DNA of 64,000 bases from Escherichia coli (GTDB taxonomy: Bacteria; Pseudomonadota; Gammaproteobacteria; Enterobacterales; Enterobacteriaceae), in assembly GCF_003334355.1 (NCBI RefSeq), contig NZ_QOWP01000016.1. The stretch is one strand, 5' to 3'. The stretch's first letter is position 1, and each line of letters starts with the position of its first letter. Made by a program: the position numbers and the translations under genes. The notes below the pieces were generated by a model. That model was given only the letters and a program-made list of their open reading frames with translations, searched no databases and was not told where the DNA came from. Of this stretch, positions 44,586 to 55,002 are shown in pieces.

Positions 44586-47147
44586 TTACACCAGGCTCTT
44601 CAAGCGATAAATCCACTCCAGCGCCTGACGCGGGGTGAGTGAATCCGGATCAAGATTTTCCAGAGCTTCGACCGCAGGCGAAGTTTCTTCTGGTACTGAC
44701 AGCAAAGACATTTGCGTACCATCCACTTGCGTAGCGGCGGCGTTCGGCGAAATGCTTTCCAGCTCACGCAGCTTTTGCCGTGCGCGCTTAATAACCTCTT
44801 TTGGCACGCCTGCCAGAGCTGCAACCGCCAGGCCGTAGCTTTTGCTCGCCGCGCCATCCTGCACGCTGTGCATAAAGGCAATGGTGTCGCCGTGCTCCAG
44901 TGCATCGAGATGCACGTTAGCGACGCCTTCCATTTTCTCCGGTAACTGGGTCAGCTCGAAATAGTGGGTAGCAAACAGCGTCAATGCCTTAATCTTATTC
45001 GCCAGATTTTCTGCGCACGCCCACGCCAGCGACAGACCATCGTAAGTGGACGTTCCACGCCCGATCTCATCCATCAATACCAGACTGTACTCGGTGGCGT
45101 TATGTAAAATATTGGCGGTTTCGGTCATCTCCACCATAAAGGTTGAGCGCCCGGACGCTAGGTCATCTGCCGCGCCTACGCGGGTAAAGATGCGATCGAT
45201 AGGTCCAATCTCGACTTTTTGTGCCGGTACATAGCTGCCGATGTAGGCCATCAGCGCAATCAGTGCGGTCTGGCGCATATAGGTACTTTTACCGCCCATG
45301 TTCGGACCGGTGATGATCAACATGCGGCGCTGCGGCGACAGATTCAGCGGGTTGGCGATAAATGGCTCATTCAGTACTTGTTCAACTACCGGATGGCGAC
45401 CTTCGGTAATGCGAATGCCCGGTTTATCAATGAAGGTCGGGCAGGTGTAGTTCAGGGTATAGGCGCGTTCCGCCAGGTTCACCAGCACGTCGAGTTCCGC
45501 CAGCGCGCTCGCGCTCTGTTGCAACGCTTCCAGATGCGGCAACAGCAGGTCGAACAACTCTTCATAAAGCTGTTTTTCCAGTGCCAGTGCTTTGCCTTTT
45601 GAGGTGAGAACTTTATCTTCGTACTCTTTTAGCTCTGGAATGATGTAGCGCTCGGCGTTTTTCAGCGTCTGGCGACGCATGTAGTTGATGGGTGCCAGAT
45701 GGCTTTGCCCACGGCTGATTTGAATGTAGTAGCCGTGCACCGCATTAAAGCCAACTTTCAGCGTGTCCAGGCCGGTACGTTCACGCTCGCGGACTTCCAG
45801 ACGCTCCAGATAATCGGTCGCGCCGTCAGCCAGCGCGCGCCACTCATCCAGCTCTTCGTTATAGCCCGATGCGATAACACCACCGTCGCGTACCAGCACC
45901 GGCGGTGTGTCGATGATTGCTCGCTCCAGCAGATCGCGCAGCTCGGCAAACTCGCCCATCTTCTCGCGTAGCGCCTGTACCGGTGCACTATCGACAGTTT
46001 CTAACTGCGCACGCAGCTCCGGCAGTTGCTGGAAAGCGTGGCGCATACGGGCCAGATCGCGTGGGCGAGCAGTTCGTAAAGCCAGACGTGCCAGAATACG
46101 TTCCAGGTCGCCGACCTGACGCAGTACCGGCTGCAACTCGGCGGTGAAATCCTGCAATGCGCCAATAGTTTGCTGGCGCTCAAGCAACACGCGGGTATCG
46201 CGCACTGGCATATGCAGCCAGCGTTTCAGCATACGACTACCCATCGGCGTGACGGTGCAGTCGAGCACAGAAGCCAGCGTATTTTCCGCACCGCCCGCCA
46301 GGTTCTGAGTAATTTCCAGGTTACGACGTGTCGCGGCATCCATAATGATGCTGTCCTGCTCACGTTCCATGGTGATGGAACGAATATGCGGCAGAGTCGT
46401 ACGTTGGGTATCTTTCGCATACTGCAACAGACAACCGGCAGCACAAAGTCCGCGCGGCGCGTTCTCGACGCCAAAACCGACCAGATCGCGGGTCCCAAAT
46501 TGCAGATTCAACTGCTGGCGCGCGGTGTCGATTTCAAACTCCCACAGCGGGCGACGGCGCAGGCCGCGACGGCCTTCAATTAACGACATTTCAGCAAAAT
46601 CTTCTGCATACAGCAGTTCCGCAGGATTAGTGCGTTGCAGTTCTGCCGCCATCGTTTCCCGGTCAGCCGGTTCGCTCAGGCGAAAACGCCCGGAACTGAT
46701 ATCCAGCGTCGCGTAGCCGAAACCTTTGCTGTCCTGCCAGATAGCCGCCAGCAGGTTGTCCTGACGCTCCTGCAACAGGGCTTCATCGCTGATGGTGCCT
46801 GGCGTAACGATACGCACAACTTTGCGCTCAACCGGACCTTTGCTGGTCGCCGGATCGCCAATTTGTTCGCAGATGGCAACGGACTCGCCCTGATTCACCA
46901 GTTTGGCGAGGTAGTTTTCCACCGCATGGTAGGGGATCCCCGCCATCGGGATCGGCTCTCCCGCTGAAGCGCCGCGTTTGGTCAGTGAGATATCCAGCAG
47001 TTGCGACGCGCGTTTTGCGTCGTCATAAAACAGTTCATAAAAATCACCCATCCGGTAAAACAGCAGGATCTCGGGATGCTGGGCTTTCAGCTTGAGATAC
47101 TGCTGCATCATGGGCGTATGGGCGTCGAAATTTTCTATTGCACTCAT
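44586..47147 (-). CDS. mutS: DNA mismatch repair protein MutS
   Basis: 853 aa; Walker [10 protein letters not shown]. Confidence 0.96.
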
Positions 47148-47393
47148 GGGGTTATGTCCGGTTCCCTGATATTAAATGGGGTGTGATGGTTTTTATTTTC
47201 GTTGTAATCACATAAGGCGCACATGATACCGGAGTTAATCATTTCAGGGGAAGAAGCGAACGGCGAGTTCTTGATGCTGGTTCCGGGAAAGATGCTGTTT
47301 TGCAGCTTTTGCGTGATGCTTATGAAGCAAGTACGCAAAATTGCGTCGGTTGGCGAACCCTTCTTCTTTAGAGTCATAGTGCCCTTTAAGATT

Positions 47394-47416
47394 AAGATGT
47401 AATATAAATACATCTT
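47394..47416. promoter_or_regulatory. Candidate NsrR operator upstream of ygbA
   Basis: AAGATGTA-ATATAA-ATACATCTT inverted repeat, 18 bp before the ygbA ATG. Confidence 0.55.
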
Positions 47417-47433
47417 AATGAGGTGGAGGCAGC

Positions 47434-47787
47434 ATGTCCGGCAAGCGTATCTCTCGTGAAAAACTGACGATTAAAAAAATGATCGATCTTTATCAAGCGA
47501 AATGCCCGCAGGCGTCAGCGGAGCCGGAGCATTACGAGGCGTTGTTTGTTTACGCGCAAAAGCGGCTGGATAAATGTGTGTTCGGCGAAGAGAAACCAGC
47601 CTGTAAGCAGTGTCCGGTGCACTGTTACCAGCCTGCAAAGCGTGAAGAGATGAAACAGATTATGCGTTGGGCCGGGCCGAGAATGCTGTGGCGTCATCCG
47701 ATCTTAACCGTGCGTCATCTCATCGATGACAAGCGTCCGGTGCCAGAACTGCCGGAAAAATATCGTCCGAAAAAACCTCATGAATAG
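47434..47787 (+). CDS. ygbA: Nitrous-oxide-stimulated-promoter family small Cys-rich protein
   Basis: 117 aa. Confidence 0.88.
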   Translation: MSGKRISREKLTIKKMIDLYQAKCPQASAEPEHYEALFVYAQKRLDKCVFGEEKPACKQCPVHCYQPAKREEMKQIMRWAGPRMLWRHPILTVRHLIDDKRPVPELPEKYRPKKPHE

Positions 47788-47790
47788 TAT

Positions 47791-47820
47791 GCCGGACAGG
47801 CAGATCTGTCCGGCAATTTG
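47791..47820. terminator. Hairpin between convergent ygbA and fhlA, weak bidirectional terminator
   Basis: GCCGGACAG gcagat CTGTCCGGC. Confidence 0.4.
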
Positions 47821-47823
47821 CAG

Positions 47824-49902
47824 TTAAATCAATGCCGATTTATCAATTCCCAGCCGCTTCATCCGTGACAGCAGGGTCGTGCGTTTCAGCCCCAGACGTT
47901 GCGCAGCGCCTTTAGGCCCGGCAACCACGCCGTTGGTTTCTTTCAGCACGCGCACAATCAACTGATATTCATCTTCGCCCTCCTGGGCGACAACCGTTGC
48001 GGCAGGCGGCGTTTCAGGTTCCGGTAAAACAATATCTGGCAATGACAGCTGCAGCACGTTACCGCGTGTTAGCAATACCGCGCGCTCAATGACGTTTTCC
48101 AGTTCGCGTACGTTACCCGGCCACTCCATGTTGCTCAAGGTGCGCAGCGTCTCGGCAGGAATGCTGTCGATATTGCGCCCCAGACGACGGGCAATTTTGA
48201 AGGTAAAGGCTTTCGCCAGCAGCGGAATATCTTCCGGACGCTCGCGTAGTGGCGGCAGGTGAATCGGGAATACGTTCAGGCGGTAATAGAGATCGCTACG
48301 GAACTCACGGTCGGCGACCATTTTTTTCAGATCGCGGTTAGTCGCGGCGATTAGACGCACGTCCGTCTGAATGATTTTGTTGCTGCCGAGACGTTCAAAC
48401 TCCTGTTCCTGCAATACACGCAGCAACTTCGGCTGTAACTCCAGTGGCATATCGCCCACTTCGTCGAGGAACAGGGAGCTTTTATCCGCCAGTTCAAAAC
48501 GACCGATACGCTGGGCGCTGGCACCGGTAAAAGCCCCACGCTCATGACCAAACAGATCGCTTTCCAGCAATCCGGCAGGCATCGCCGCGCAGTTCATTTT
48601 GACCATGCGGCGATTATTACGCCCACTGAGATTATGGATCGCACGGGCAATCAGCTCTTTACCCGTGCCAGTTTCACCGAGGATCAGCACGGTACTGTCA
48701 CTTTGCGCCACCATTTCAACTTGTTTAAGCACGCTGTACATGGCTTCGCTGCGGCCAATAATCTCGCCAAATTCACTATCAACATTGTTGAGCTGCTCGG
48801 TCAGGGCGAGGTTTTCATCAACCAGCCGTTCTTTCAGACGATGGATTTCCTGATAGGCGAGGGCGTTATCGACAGCGATTGCCACACGTTCGGCAATCTG
48901 GCGCAGTAAATTCAGATTGGTAGTGGTAAACACTTTCTCTTCGCATTGCGCCAGTTTCAGCACGCCCAGCATGGTGTCGCCAGACATCAGCGGTAACAGG
49001 CACAAGGTTTGAATCTGGTTGCCCCAGGTGTCGAACAACATGCGTTCATAGGGGGCTAAATCGTCCCGCTCGTGGAGATTGATCAGCAGCATCTCTTTAC
49101 TTTTGAACACGCGTTCGGTGAGGGTTCCGGCTTCATCGACTTCGCTCTGTTCGTGGGCGGGATGCTGTTTATCAAGATAGTGAGTGGAGTAGATGTTGAG
49201 TTTGTTTTTACGGTGGCTGCGTAAGACGATACTGATATCGTCAATGTCGAAATAGTAATGGATTTCTTTGGCGACTTCGCTGACCAGTTCGTCCATATCC
49301 AGGCGGGAAAGCACCGCGTTGGTGATGGCGACCAGGATGCGGAAGTTATCGCGTTCCCGGCATAACAACTCATAGTCGACATTGTTAACGACGCGGCTCT
49401 GGATTTGTTCGGTGACGACAGAAACGATCTGCGTAAATGTTTGCAGACGATTGAACTCTTTTTCGCTCCAGGGGCGATCGTCATAACGAATAAATTCACA
49501 GCCACCAAAAATATGCCCTTCCGCCGCCAGTGGCATCAGGCAATAGTGACCAAATTTTGGGTATAGCCCACCTGCGGCCAGCTGCGGCCAGGTTTCACAA
49601 AATTCTTCGTAACTGCAATGCAGCGTATCAGGGCGCGACAAAATGCTGCGTACCGGACCGTGTGCCAGAACAGTTTCGTCTTCATATTTAATGGGGGTGT
49701 CTTTTTCACGCGACGCGTAATAAGACGCACGTTGAGTCTGCGCTTGCCACAACACAATAGCCGCGTTGTCGGCGAGCGCAGAACGCTTTACCAGTTGCGA
49801 AAGAGCCTCACACAGCGAGGCCAGATCGGGCTGCTGCAATAGTGTCCGAGTGATGTCGAACAACCCTTGTTGTCCGAGATCACTCATCGGTGTATATGAC
49901 AT
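47824..49902 (-). CDS. fhlA: Formate hydrogenlyase transcriptional activator (sigma-54 enhancer-binding protein)
   Basis: 692 aa from MSYTPMSDLGQQ; AAA+ motif GETGTGKE; C-terminal HTH. Confidence 0.93.
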   Translation of the reverse strand: MSYTPMSDLGQQGLFDITRTLLQQPDLASLCEALSQLVKRSALADNAAIVLWQAQTQRASYYASREKDTPIKYEDETVLAHGPVRSILSRPDTLHCSYEEFCETWPQLAAGGLYPKFGHYCLMPLAAEGHIFGGCEFIRYDDRPWSEKEFNRLQTFTQIVSVVTEQIQSRVVNNVDYELLCRERDNFRILVAITNAVLSRLDMDELVSEVAKEIHYYFDIDDISIVLRSHRKNKLNIYSTHYLDKQHPAHEQSEVDEAGTLTERVFKSKEMLLINLHERDDLAPYERMLFDTWGNQIQTLCLLPLMSGDTMLGVLKLAQCEEKVFTTTNLNLLRQIAERVAIAVDNALAYQEIHRLKERLVDENLALTEQLNNVDSEFGEIIGRSEAMYSVLKQVEMVAQSDSTVLILGETGTGKELIARAIHNLSGRNNRRMVKMNCAAMPAGLLESDLFGHERGAFTGASAQRIGRFELADKSSLFLDEVGDMPLELQPKLLRVLQEQEFERLGSNKIIQTDVRLIAATNRDLKKMVADREFRSDLYYRLNVFPIHLPPLRERPEDIPLLAKAFTFKIARRLGRNIDSIPAETLRTLSNMEWPGNVRELENVIERAVLLTRGNVLQLSLPDIVLPEPETPPAATVVAQEGEDEYQLIVRVLKETNGVVAGPKGAAQRLGLKRTTLLSRMKRLGIDKSALI

Positions 49903-49975
49903 TTTGTTCTTCCAGGAAAGCACCGCAAAGCGGTGCAAAAGGTCATTGACTAACTATAGGAGATTTAGAATTTTA

Positions 49976-50986
49976 TTAGCATATACGCGGAAGCGGTTCG
50001 GCGTGTGGTAAATCGAGGGTTCGTTTCACGCCATACAGACCGGCAAGACGAACACCTTTACGTTCCACCACTTCACCAATCAGCGCCGCGTCTTTCCCCA
50101 GTGGATGGGAATGTAACGCTGCCAGCACTTGCTCTGCCGCGTTGCGTTCAACAGCTATTACTAGTTTGCCTTCGTTGGCAAAGTTCAGGGCGTCCAGTCC
50201 CAGCAATTCGCAAACGCCACGCACGGCAGGTTTAACAGGCAGTGCCGCTTCTGAAAGTTCAATACCACAACCGCAGGCTGCCGCGAACTCATGAACCACC
50301 GCGTTTACACCACCACGGGTGGCATCACGCAGCGCTTTCACGCCGGGAATGTCACGCAGCGTCTGAATAAGCGGCGTCAGCACCGCGCAGTCGCTGACCA
50401 GTTCGCCATCCAGCCCCAGCTGCTCACGCAGGTTAAGGATAGTCGCCCCGTGGTCGCCGAGTGTACCGCTCACCAGCAATACATCGCCTGCGGTTAGCGT
50501 CTGTGCGCCCCAGTGAATATTCGCCGGAATTGCGCCCATGCCAGCGGTGTTGATAAACAGTTTATCTACCGCGCCGCGCTGCACCACTTTAGTATCGCCA
50601 GTAACGATGGCAATGCCTGCCGTGCGGGCGGTTTCTGCCATGCTGGTCACTACGGCTTTCAGTGTCTCCATCGGCAATCCTTCTTCGAGGATAAAGCCAC
50701 AGGAGAGATAGCGCGGAATAGCGCCACTGACCGCAACGTCATTCGCGGTGCCGCAAATCGCCAGCTTGCCGATATTACCGCCAGGAAAGAACAGCGGGTC
50801 AATGACGTAACTGTCGGTGGAGAACGCCAGACGATCGCCTTCTGCTACCAGCTGCGCCAGATCAAGACGTGCCTGGTCTTCCTGCTCTGCCAGCCACGGG
50901 TTGGCAAAGGCTTCCATAAACAGGCTGTTGATTAATTGCTGCATCGCCTGGCCGCCGCTGCCGTGGGCGAGTTGGATATTATTCAC
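49976..50986 (-). CDS. hypE: Hydrogenase maturation factor HypE
   Basis: 336 aa ending ...PRIC. Confidence 0.93.
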   Translation of the reverse strand: MNNIQLAHGSGGQAMQQLINSLFMEAFANPWLAEQEDQARLDLAQLVAEGDRLAFSTDSYVIDPLFFPGGNIGKLAICGTANDVAVSGAIPRYLSCGFILEEGLPMETLKAVVTSMAETARTAGIAIVTGDTKVVQRGAVDKLFINTAGMGAIPANIHWGAQTLTAGDVLLVSGTLGDHGATILNLREQLGLDGELVSDCAVLTPLIQTLRDIPGVKALRDATRGGVNAVVHEFAAACGCGIELSEAALPVKPAVRGVCELLGLDALNFANEGKLVIAVERNAAEQVLAALHSHPLGKDAALIGEVVERKGVRLAGLYGVKRTLDLPHAEPLPRIC

Positions 50987-52104
50987 GCTTCATTCTCCTG
51001 CTGACGATACTGATACCACGCGGCGCACGCTCCTTCGGAGGAGACCATCAGTGCACCAAATGCGGTTTGAGGATTACAGGTGTTACCAAACAGCGGGCAT
51101 TGATGCGGCTTACATTTGCCCGTTAATACTTCACCACAACGTGCGCGCGGGTCATCGCAGACCTGCTGCGGTGCCGGGCGGAAATGTGCTTCGGCATCGA
51201 ATCGTTGATAATCCGGCGTCAGGTGCACGCCAGAAGATTCAATCACGCCTAAGCCGCGCCATTCGCTGTCGCCGTTGACACAGAACACATCAGCAATTGC
51301 CTGTTGCGCCAGCAGGTTACCGGCATCCGGTACCACCCGACGATACTGATTCTCTACCTTGCTGTGGGCCGCTATTTTCTGCTCCACCAGCATCACCACG
51401 CCTTGCAGTAGATCAAGGGGTTCGAAACCAGCGACCACCAGCGGACGATGAAAATCGCTGGCGATAAAATTATAGGCATCAGTGCCGATAACCATACTAA
51501 CGTGGCCCGGCGCGAGGAACGCGTCGATACCGTTATCCGGCTGTTCCAGCAAACTGCGCAGCGTCGGGATAAGCGTAATATGCTGGCAGAAGAAGTAAAA
51601 ATTCTGCACATCGCGGGCTTTCGCCTGTTGCAGAGTGATGGCGGTGGTCGGCATGGTGGTTTCAAAACCTAAGCCGAAGAACACCACTTTGCGGGTTGGA
51701 TTCTCCTGCGCCAGTTTCAACGCATCCATTGGCGAGTAAACGATGCGAACATCGGCACCGCGTGCTTTTGCCTGCAACAGCGATCCCTGTTTCCCCGGCA
51801 CGCGCATGGCGTCGCCAAAGGTACAGAAGATGACTTCCGGATGGCTGGCAATCTCCACGCAGGTGTCGATTCTACCCATCGGCAGTACGCACACCGGGCA
51901 ACCCGGACCGTGGATAAACTCAACGTTTTCAGGCAGTAACTGGTCGAGGCCGAATTTAAAAATGGCGTGGGTATGACCACCGCACACTTCCATAATCCGC
52001 AGAGGGCGTTCGGCTGTGTAAGAGAGATGTGAAGCACGTTCGCGCAGATGCTCAATTAACTGCATCACCTGTTCCGGCGCGCGATATTCATCAACAAAAC
52101 GCAT
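50983..52104 (-). CDS. hypD: Hydrogenase maturation factor HypD
   Basis: 373 aa. Confidence 0.93.
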   Translation of the reverse strand: MRFVDEYRAPEQVMQLIEHLRERASHLSYTAERPLRIMEVCGGHTHAIFKFGLDQLLPENVEFIHGPGCPVCVLPMGRIDTCVEIASHPEVIFCTFGDAMRVPGKQGSLLQAKARGADVRIVYSPMDALKLAQENPTRKVVFFGLGFETTMPTTAITLQQAKARDVQNFYFFCQHITLIPTLRSLLEQPDNGIDAFLAPGHVSMVIGTDAYNFIASDFHRPLVVAGFEPLDLLQGVVMLVEQKIAAHSKVENQYRRVVPDAGNLLAQQAIADVFCVNGDSEWRGLGVIESSGVHLTPDYQRFDAEAHFRPAPQQVCDDPRARCGEVLTGKCKPHQCPLFGNTCNPQTAFGALMVSSEGACAAWYQYRQQENEA

Positions 52105-52376
52105 TATTTTTCCTCGCCATACAACAGCGCGCCGACATCCGGCTCAACGTCAAACATGTTTTGTAAGGCGTCGAGAGTGTCGCGTGCTTCGGCTTCATTA
52201 ATTACGCTCATGGCAAAGCCAACGTGTACCAGTACCCACTGGCCCACGCGCGGCTGACCGTTTTCATCGCAGCTGCCGACTAACGTTAAATCGACATCGC
52301 GCTGAATGCCGCAGACGTCGACTTTCGCCTGGTTGCCGTCAATGGTGCGGATCTGGCCGGGAACGCCTATGCACAT
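52104..52376 (-). CDS. hypC: Hydrogenase maturation chaperone HypC
   Basis: 90 aa from [12 protein letters not shown]. Confidence 0.9.
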   Translation of the reverse strand: MCIGVPGQIRTIDGNQAKVDVCGIQRDVDLTLVGSCDENGQPRVGQWVLVHVGFAMSVINEAEARDTLDALQNMFDVEPDVGALLYGEEK

Positions 52377-53239
52377 CGCTGTGTCTCCAGCCAGTTCAGC
52401 CACTGGTCCATCCCTTCGCCGCTGGTGGCGGAAATAAGGATGATTTCAATTTCTGGATTGACTTCGCGGGCGCAGGCGATGCACTTCTCAACGTCAAAGT
52501 TGAGATACGGCAGCAGGTCAACTTTGTTGAGCAGCATCAGCGAGGCGGCGGCAAACATATGCGGATATTTCAGCGGTTTGTCTTCACCTTCGGTAACGGA
52601 AAGCACCGCCACTTTGTGTTTTTCACCGAGATCGAAGCTGGCCGGGCATACGAGGTTGCCAACGTTTTCGATAAACAGAATACCGTTATCGTCCAGTGGC
52701 AGGCGCGGTGCGGCGTCGGCAATCATCTGTGCGTCAAGATGGCAGCCTTTACCGGTATTCACCTGAATCGCTGGTGTGCCGGTAGCGCGAATGCGTGCGG
52801 CATCGTTCACGGTTTGCTGGTCGCCTTCAATAACTGCGCACGGAACGCTGTCTTTCAGGCGCATTAGGGTTTCCGTCAGCAGGGTGGTTTTACCGGAACC
52901 AGGGCTGGAAACCAGGTTGAGCACCAGTTGCTTGCGGGCAGCAAAGCGCGCGCGGTTGCGTTCAGCCAGACGGTTATTTTTGTCCAGCACGTCAATTTCG
53001 ACTTCCAGCATCCGACGCTGGCTCATGCCCGGTGCGTGAGTGCCCGCTTCGCCATGACCGTAATGCAGGTCGCCTTCTTCAGTCTGGCTGGGGGTAAATT
53101 CAGGCGCTTTAATGCCGGTGATTTTCATCTTCGGGCGTGCCGCCGGGGCAAATGGCGCGCTACGAAACGCGGAATGAGGGTTATGTTCATCACCCTCGAT
53201 ATACAGGTTGCCTTCACCGCAACCGCATGTTGTACACAT
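52367..53239 (-). CDS. hypB: Hydrogenase nickel-incorporation GTPase HypB
   Basis: 290 aa; His-rich N-terminus; P-loop GSGKTT. Confidence 0.93.
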   Translation of the reverse strand: MCTTCGCGEGNLYIEGDEHNPHSAFRSAPFAPAARPKMKITGIKAPEFTPSQTEEGDLHYGHGEAGTHAPGMSQRRMLEVEIDVLDKNNRLAERNRARFAARKQLVLNLVSSPGSGKTTLLTETLMRLKDSVPCAVIEGDQQTVNDAARIRATGTPAIQVNTGKGCHLDAQMIADAAPRLPLDDNGILFIENVGNLVCPASFDLGEKHKVAVLSVTEGEDKPLKYPHMFAAASLMLLNKVDLLPYLNFDVEKCIACAREVNPEIEIILISATSGEGMDQWLNWLETQRCA

Positions 53240-53242
53240 CGC

Positions 53243-53593
53243 TCACTCCTGGTCTATTTCTATCCGCCGAATCTGTAAACCGTCGTCTGCCACAATCTGC
53301 AGCATGTCACCATGACACTGTGGACAGCGGCGGACGCGCTGGGTCAGTAGCGTCACATACTGTTGGCATGTTTCACACCAGCATTCGGCCTCTTGTTCTT
53401 CGAGGTGCAGTTTACAACCTTCCGCCACGCTGCCGCGGCAAACCAGATCAAAACAAAAGGCAAGAGAGCTGGTTTCGACACAAGAAAATGCGCCAATTTT
53501 GAGCCAGACCCCAGTTACGCGTTTTGCGCCGTGTTTTGCGGCCTGCTGTTCGATCAATTCCAGTGCCCGTTGGCAGAGGGTTATTTCGTGCAT
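53243..53593 (-). CDS. hypA: Hydrogenase nickel-insertion protein HypA
   Basis: 116 aa from MHEITLCQRALELIEQ; CxxC pairs; GGGAGG upstream. Confidence 0.92.
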   Translation of the reverse strand: MHEITLCQRALELIEQQAAKHGAKRVTGVWLKIGAFSCVETSSLAFCFDLVCRGSVAEGCKLHLEEQEAECWCETCQQYVTLLTQRVRRCPQCHGDMLQIVADDGLQIRRIEIDQE

Positions 53594-53624
53594 ATCGCCT
53601 CCCATTAACTATTGCCAGCTACAA

Positions 53625-53640
53625 GCAATAATTGTGCCAG
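53625..53640 (-). promoter_or_regulatory. Sigma-54 type promoter (-24/-12) upstream of hypA
   Basis: Minus strand reads CTGGCACAATTATTGC: GG and GC separated by 10 nt. Confidence 0.55.
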
Positions 53641-53669
53641 TGTTGATTATCCCTGCGGTGAATAATGTC

Positions 53670-53694
53670 GATGATGTCGAAATGACACGTCGAC
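53670..53694. promoter_or_regulatory. Candidate FhlA upstream activating sequence in the hypA-hycA intergenic region
   Basis: TGTCGAAATGACACGTCGACA; resembles the CGAAAATGACA motifs near 54327-54370. Confidence 0.4.
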
Positions 53695-53752
53695 ACGGCG
53701 ACGAAATTCATCTTTAGCTTAAAAATCTCTTTAATAACAATAAATTAAAAGT

Positions 53753-53769
53753 TGGCACAAAAAATGCTT
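53753..53769 (+). promoter_or_regulatory. Sigma-54 type promoter (-24/-12) upstream of hycA
   Basis: TGGCACAAAAAATGCTT: GG and GC separated by 10 nt, about 40 bp before the hycA ATG. Confidence 0.55.
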
Positions 53770-53804
53770 AAAGCTGGCATCTCTGTTAAACGGGTAACCT
53801 GACA

Positions 53805-54266
53805 ATGACTATTTGGGAAATAAGCGAGAAAGCCGATTACATCGCACAGCGGCATCGTCGCCTACAGGACCAGTGGCACATCTACTGCAATTCGCTGGTT
53901 CAGGGGATCACGTTATCGAAAGCGCGCCTGCATCACGCCATGAGCTGCGCGCCGGACAAAGAACTCTGTTTCGTCCTTTTTGAACATTTTCGCATTTACG
54001 TCACCCTGGCGGATGGCTTTAACAGCCACACCATCGAGTATTACGTCGAAACAAAAGATGGCGAAGACAAACAGCGGATTGCGCAGGCGCAACTGAGCAT
54101 TGACGGCATGATTGATGGCAAGGTCAACATCCGCGATCGCGAACAGGTTCTGGAACACTATCTCGAAAAAATCGCTGGCGTTTACGACAGCTTATACACC
54201 GCTATTGAAAACAATGTGCCGGTGAATTTAAGCCAACTGGTAAAGGGACAAAGCCCGGCAGCATGA
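53805..54266 (+). CDS. hycA: Formate hydrogenlyase regulatory protein HycA
   Basis: 153 aa. Confidence 0.92.
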   Translation: MTIWEISEKADYIAQRHRRLQDQWHIYCNSLVQGITLSKARLHHAMSCAPDKELCFVLFEHFRIYVTLADGFNSHTIEYYVETKDGEDKQRIAQAQLSIDGMIDGKVNIRDREQVLEHYLEKIAGVYDSLYTAIENNVPVNLSQLVKGQSPAA

Positions 54267-54314
54267 GCTGAGGCTTTGCCCGTTTTGCAGGCGTTACGCC
54301 TGTTTGGGGATGGG

Positions 54315-54372
54315 CGTGTCGATGAGTGTCGAAAATGACATTTCATCGGCATGTTTTCGTCAAAAATGACAA
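54315..54372. promoter_or_regulatory. Direct repeats of a CGAAAATGACA-like motif between hycA and hycB (candidate FhlA UAS)
   Basis: TGTCGATGAGTG, TGTCGAAAATGACA and CGTCAAAAATGACA. Confidence 0.45.
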
Positions 54373-54390
54373 TCACCTGAGGAATGCCTG

Positions 54391-55002
54391 GTGAATCGTT
54401 TTGTAATTGCTGACTCCACGCTCTGTATCGGCTGCCACACTTGTGAGGCCGCCTGTTCAGAGACGCATCGCCAGCACGGCCTGCAATCAATGCCGCGCCT
54501 GAGAGTGATGCTGAATGAAAAAGAATCTGCGCCGCAGCTCTGTCACCACTGTGAAGATGCACCCTGCGCGGTGGTCTGCCCGGTTAACGCCATCACCCGC
54601 GTTGATGGGGCCGTGCAGTTGAATGAAAGCCTGTGCGTAAGCTGCAAGCTGTGCGGCATCGCCTGCCCGTTTGGCGCAATTGAATTTTCCGGCAGCCGTC
54701 CGCTGGATATTCCGGCAAACGCCAATACCCCGAAAGCGCCACCGGCACCGCCTGCTCCGGCGCGTGTCAGCACATTGCTTGACTGGGTGCCAGGTATTCG
54801 CGCGATCGCCGTCAAATGTGACCTTTGTAGCTTTGATGAACAAGGTCCGGCCTGCGTGCGGATGTGCCCGACTAAAGCCCTGCATCTGGTGGATAACACT
54901 GATATCGCCCGCGTCAGCAAACGTAAGCGTGAGCTGACTTTTAACACGGACTTTGGCGATCTCACCTTGTTTCAGCAGGCTCAAAGTGGAGAGGCTAAAT
55001 GA
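54391..55002 (+). CDS. hycB: Formate hydrogenlyase Fe-S subunit HycB
   Basis: 203 aa from GTG 54391; multiple CxxCxxCxxxCP ferredoxin motifs. Confidence 0.93.
   Translation: MNRFVIADSTLCIGCHTCEAACSETHRQHGLQSMPRLRVMLNEKESAPQLCHHCEDAPCAVVCPVNAITRVDGAVQLNESLCVSCKLCGIACPFGAIEFSGSRPLDIPANANTPKAPPAPPAPARVSTLLDWVPGIRAIAVKCDLCSFDEQGPACVRMCPTKALHLVDNTDIARVSKRKRELTFNTDFGDLTLFQQAQSGEAK

Noticed and set aside
45219-46967. Several 70-137-aa ORFs on both strands
   Set aside because: All lie inside mutS in alternative frames or antisense.
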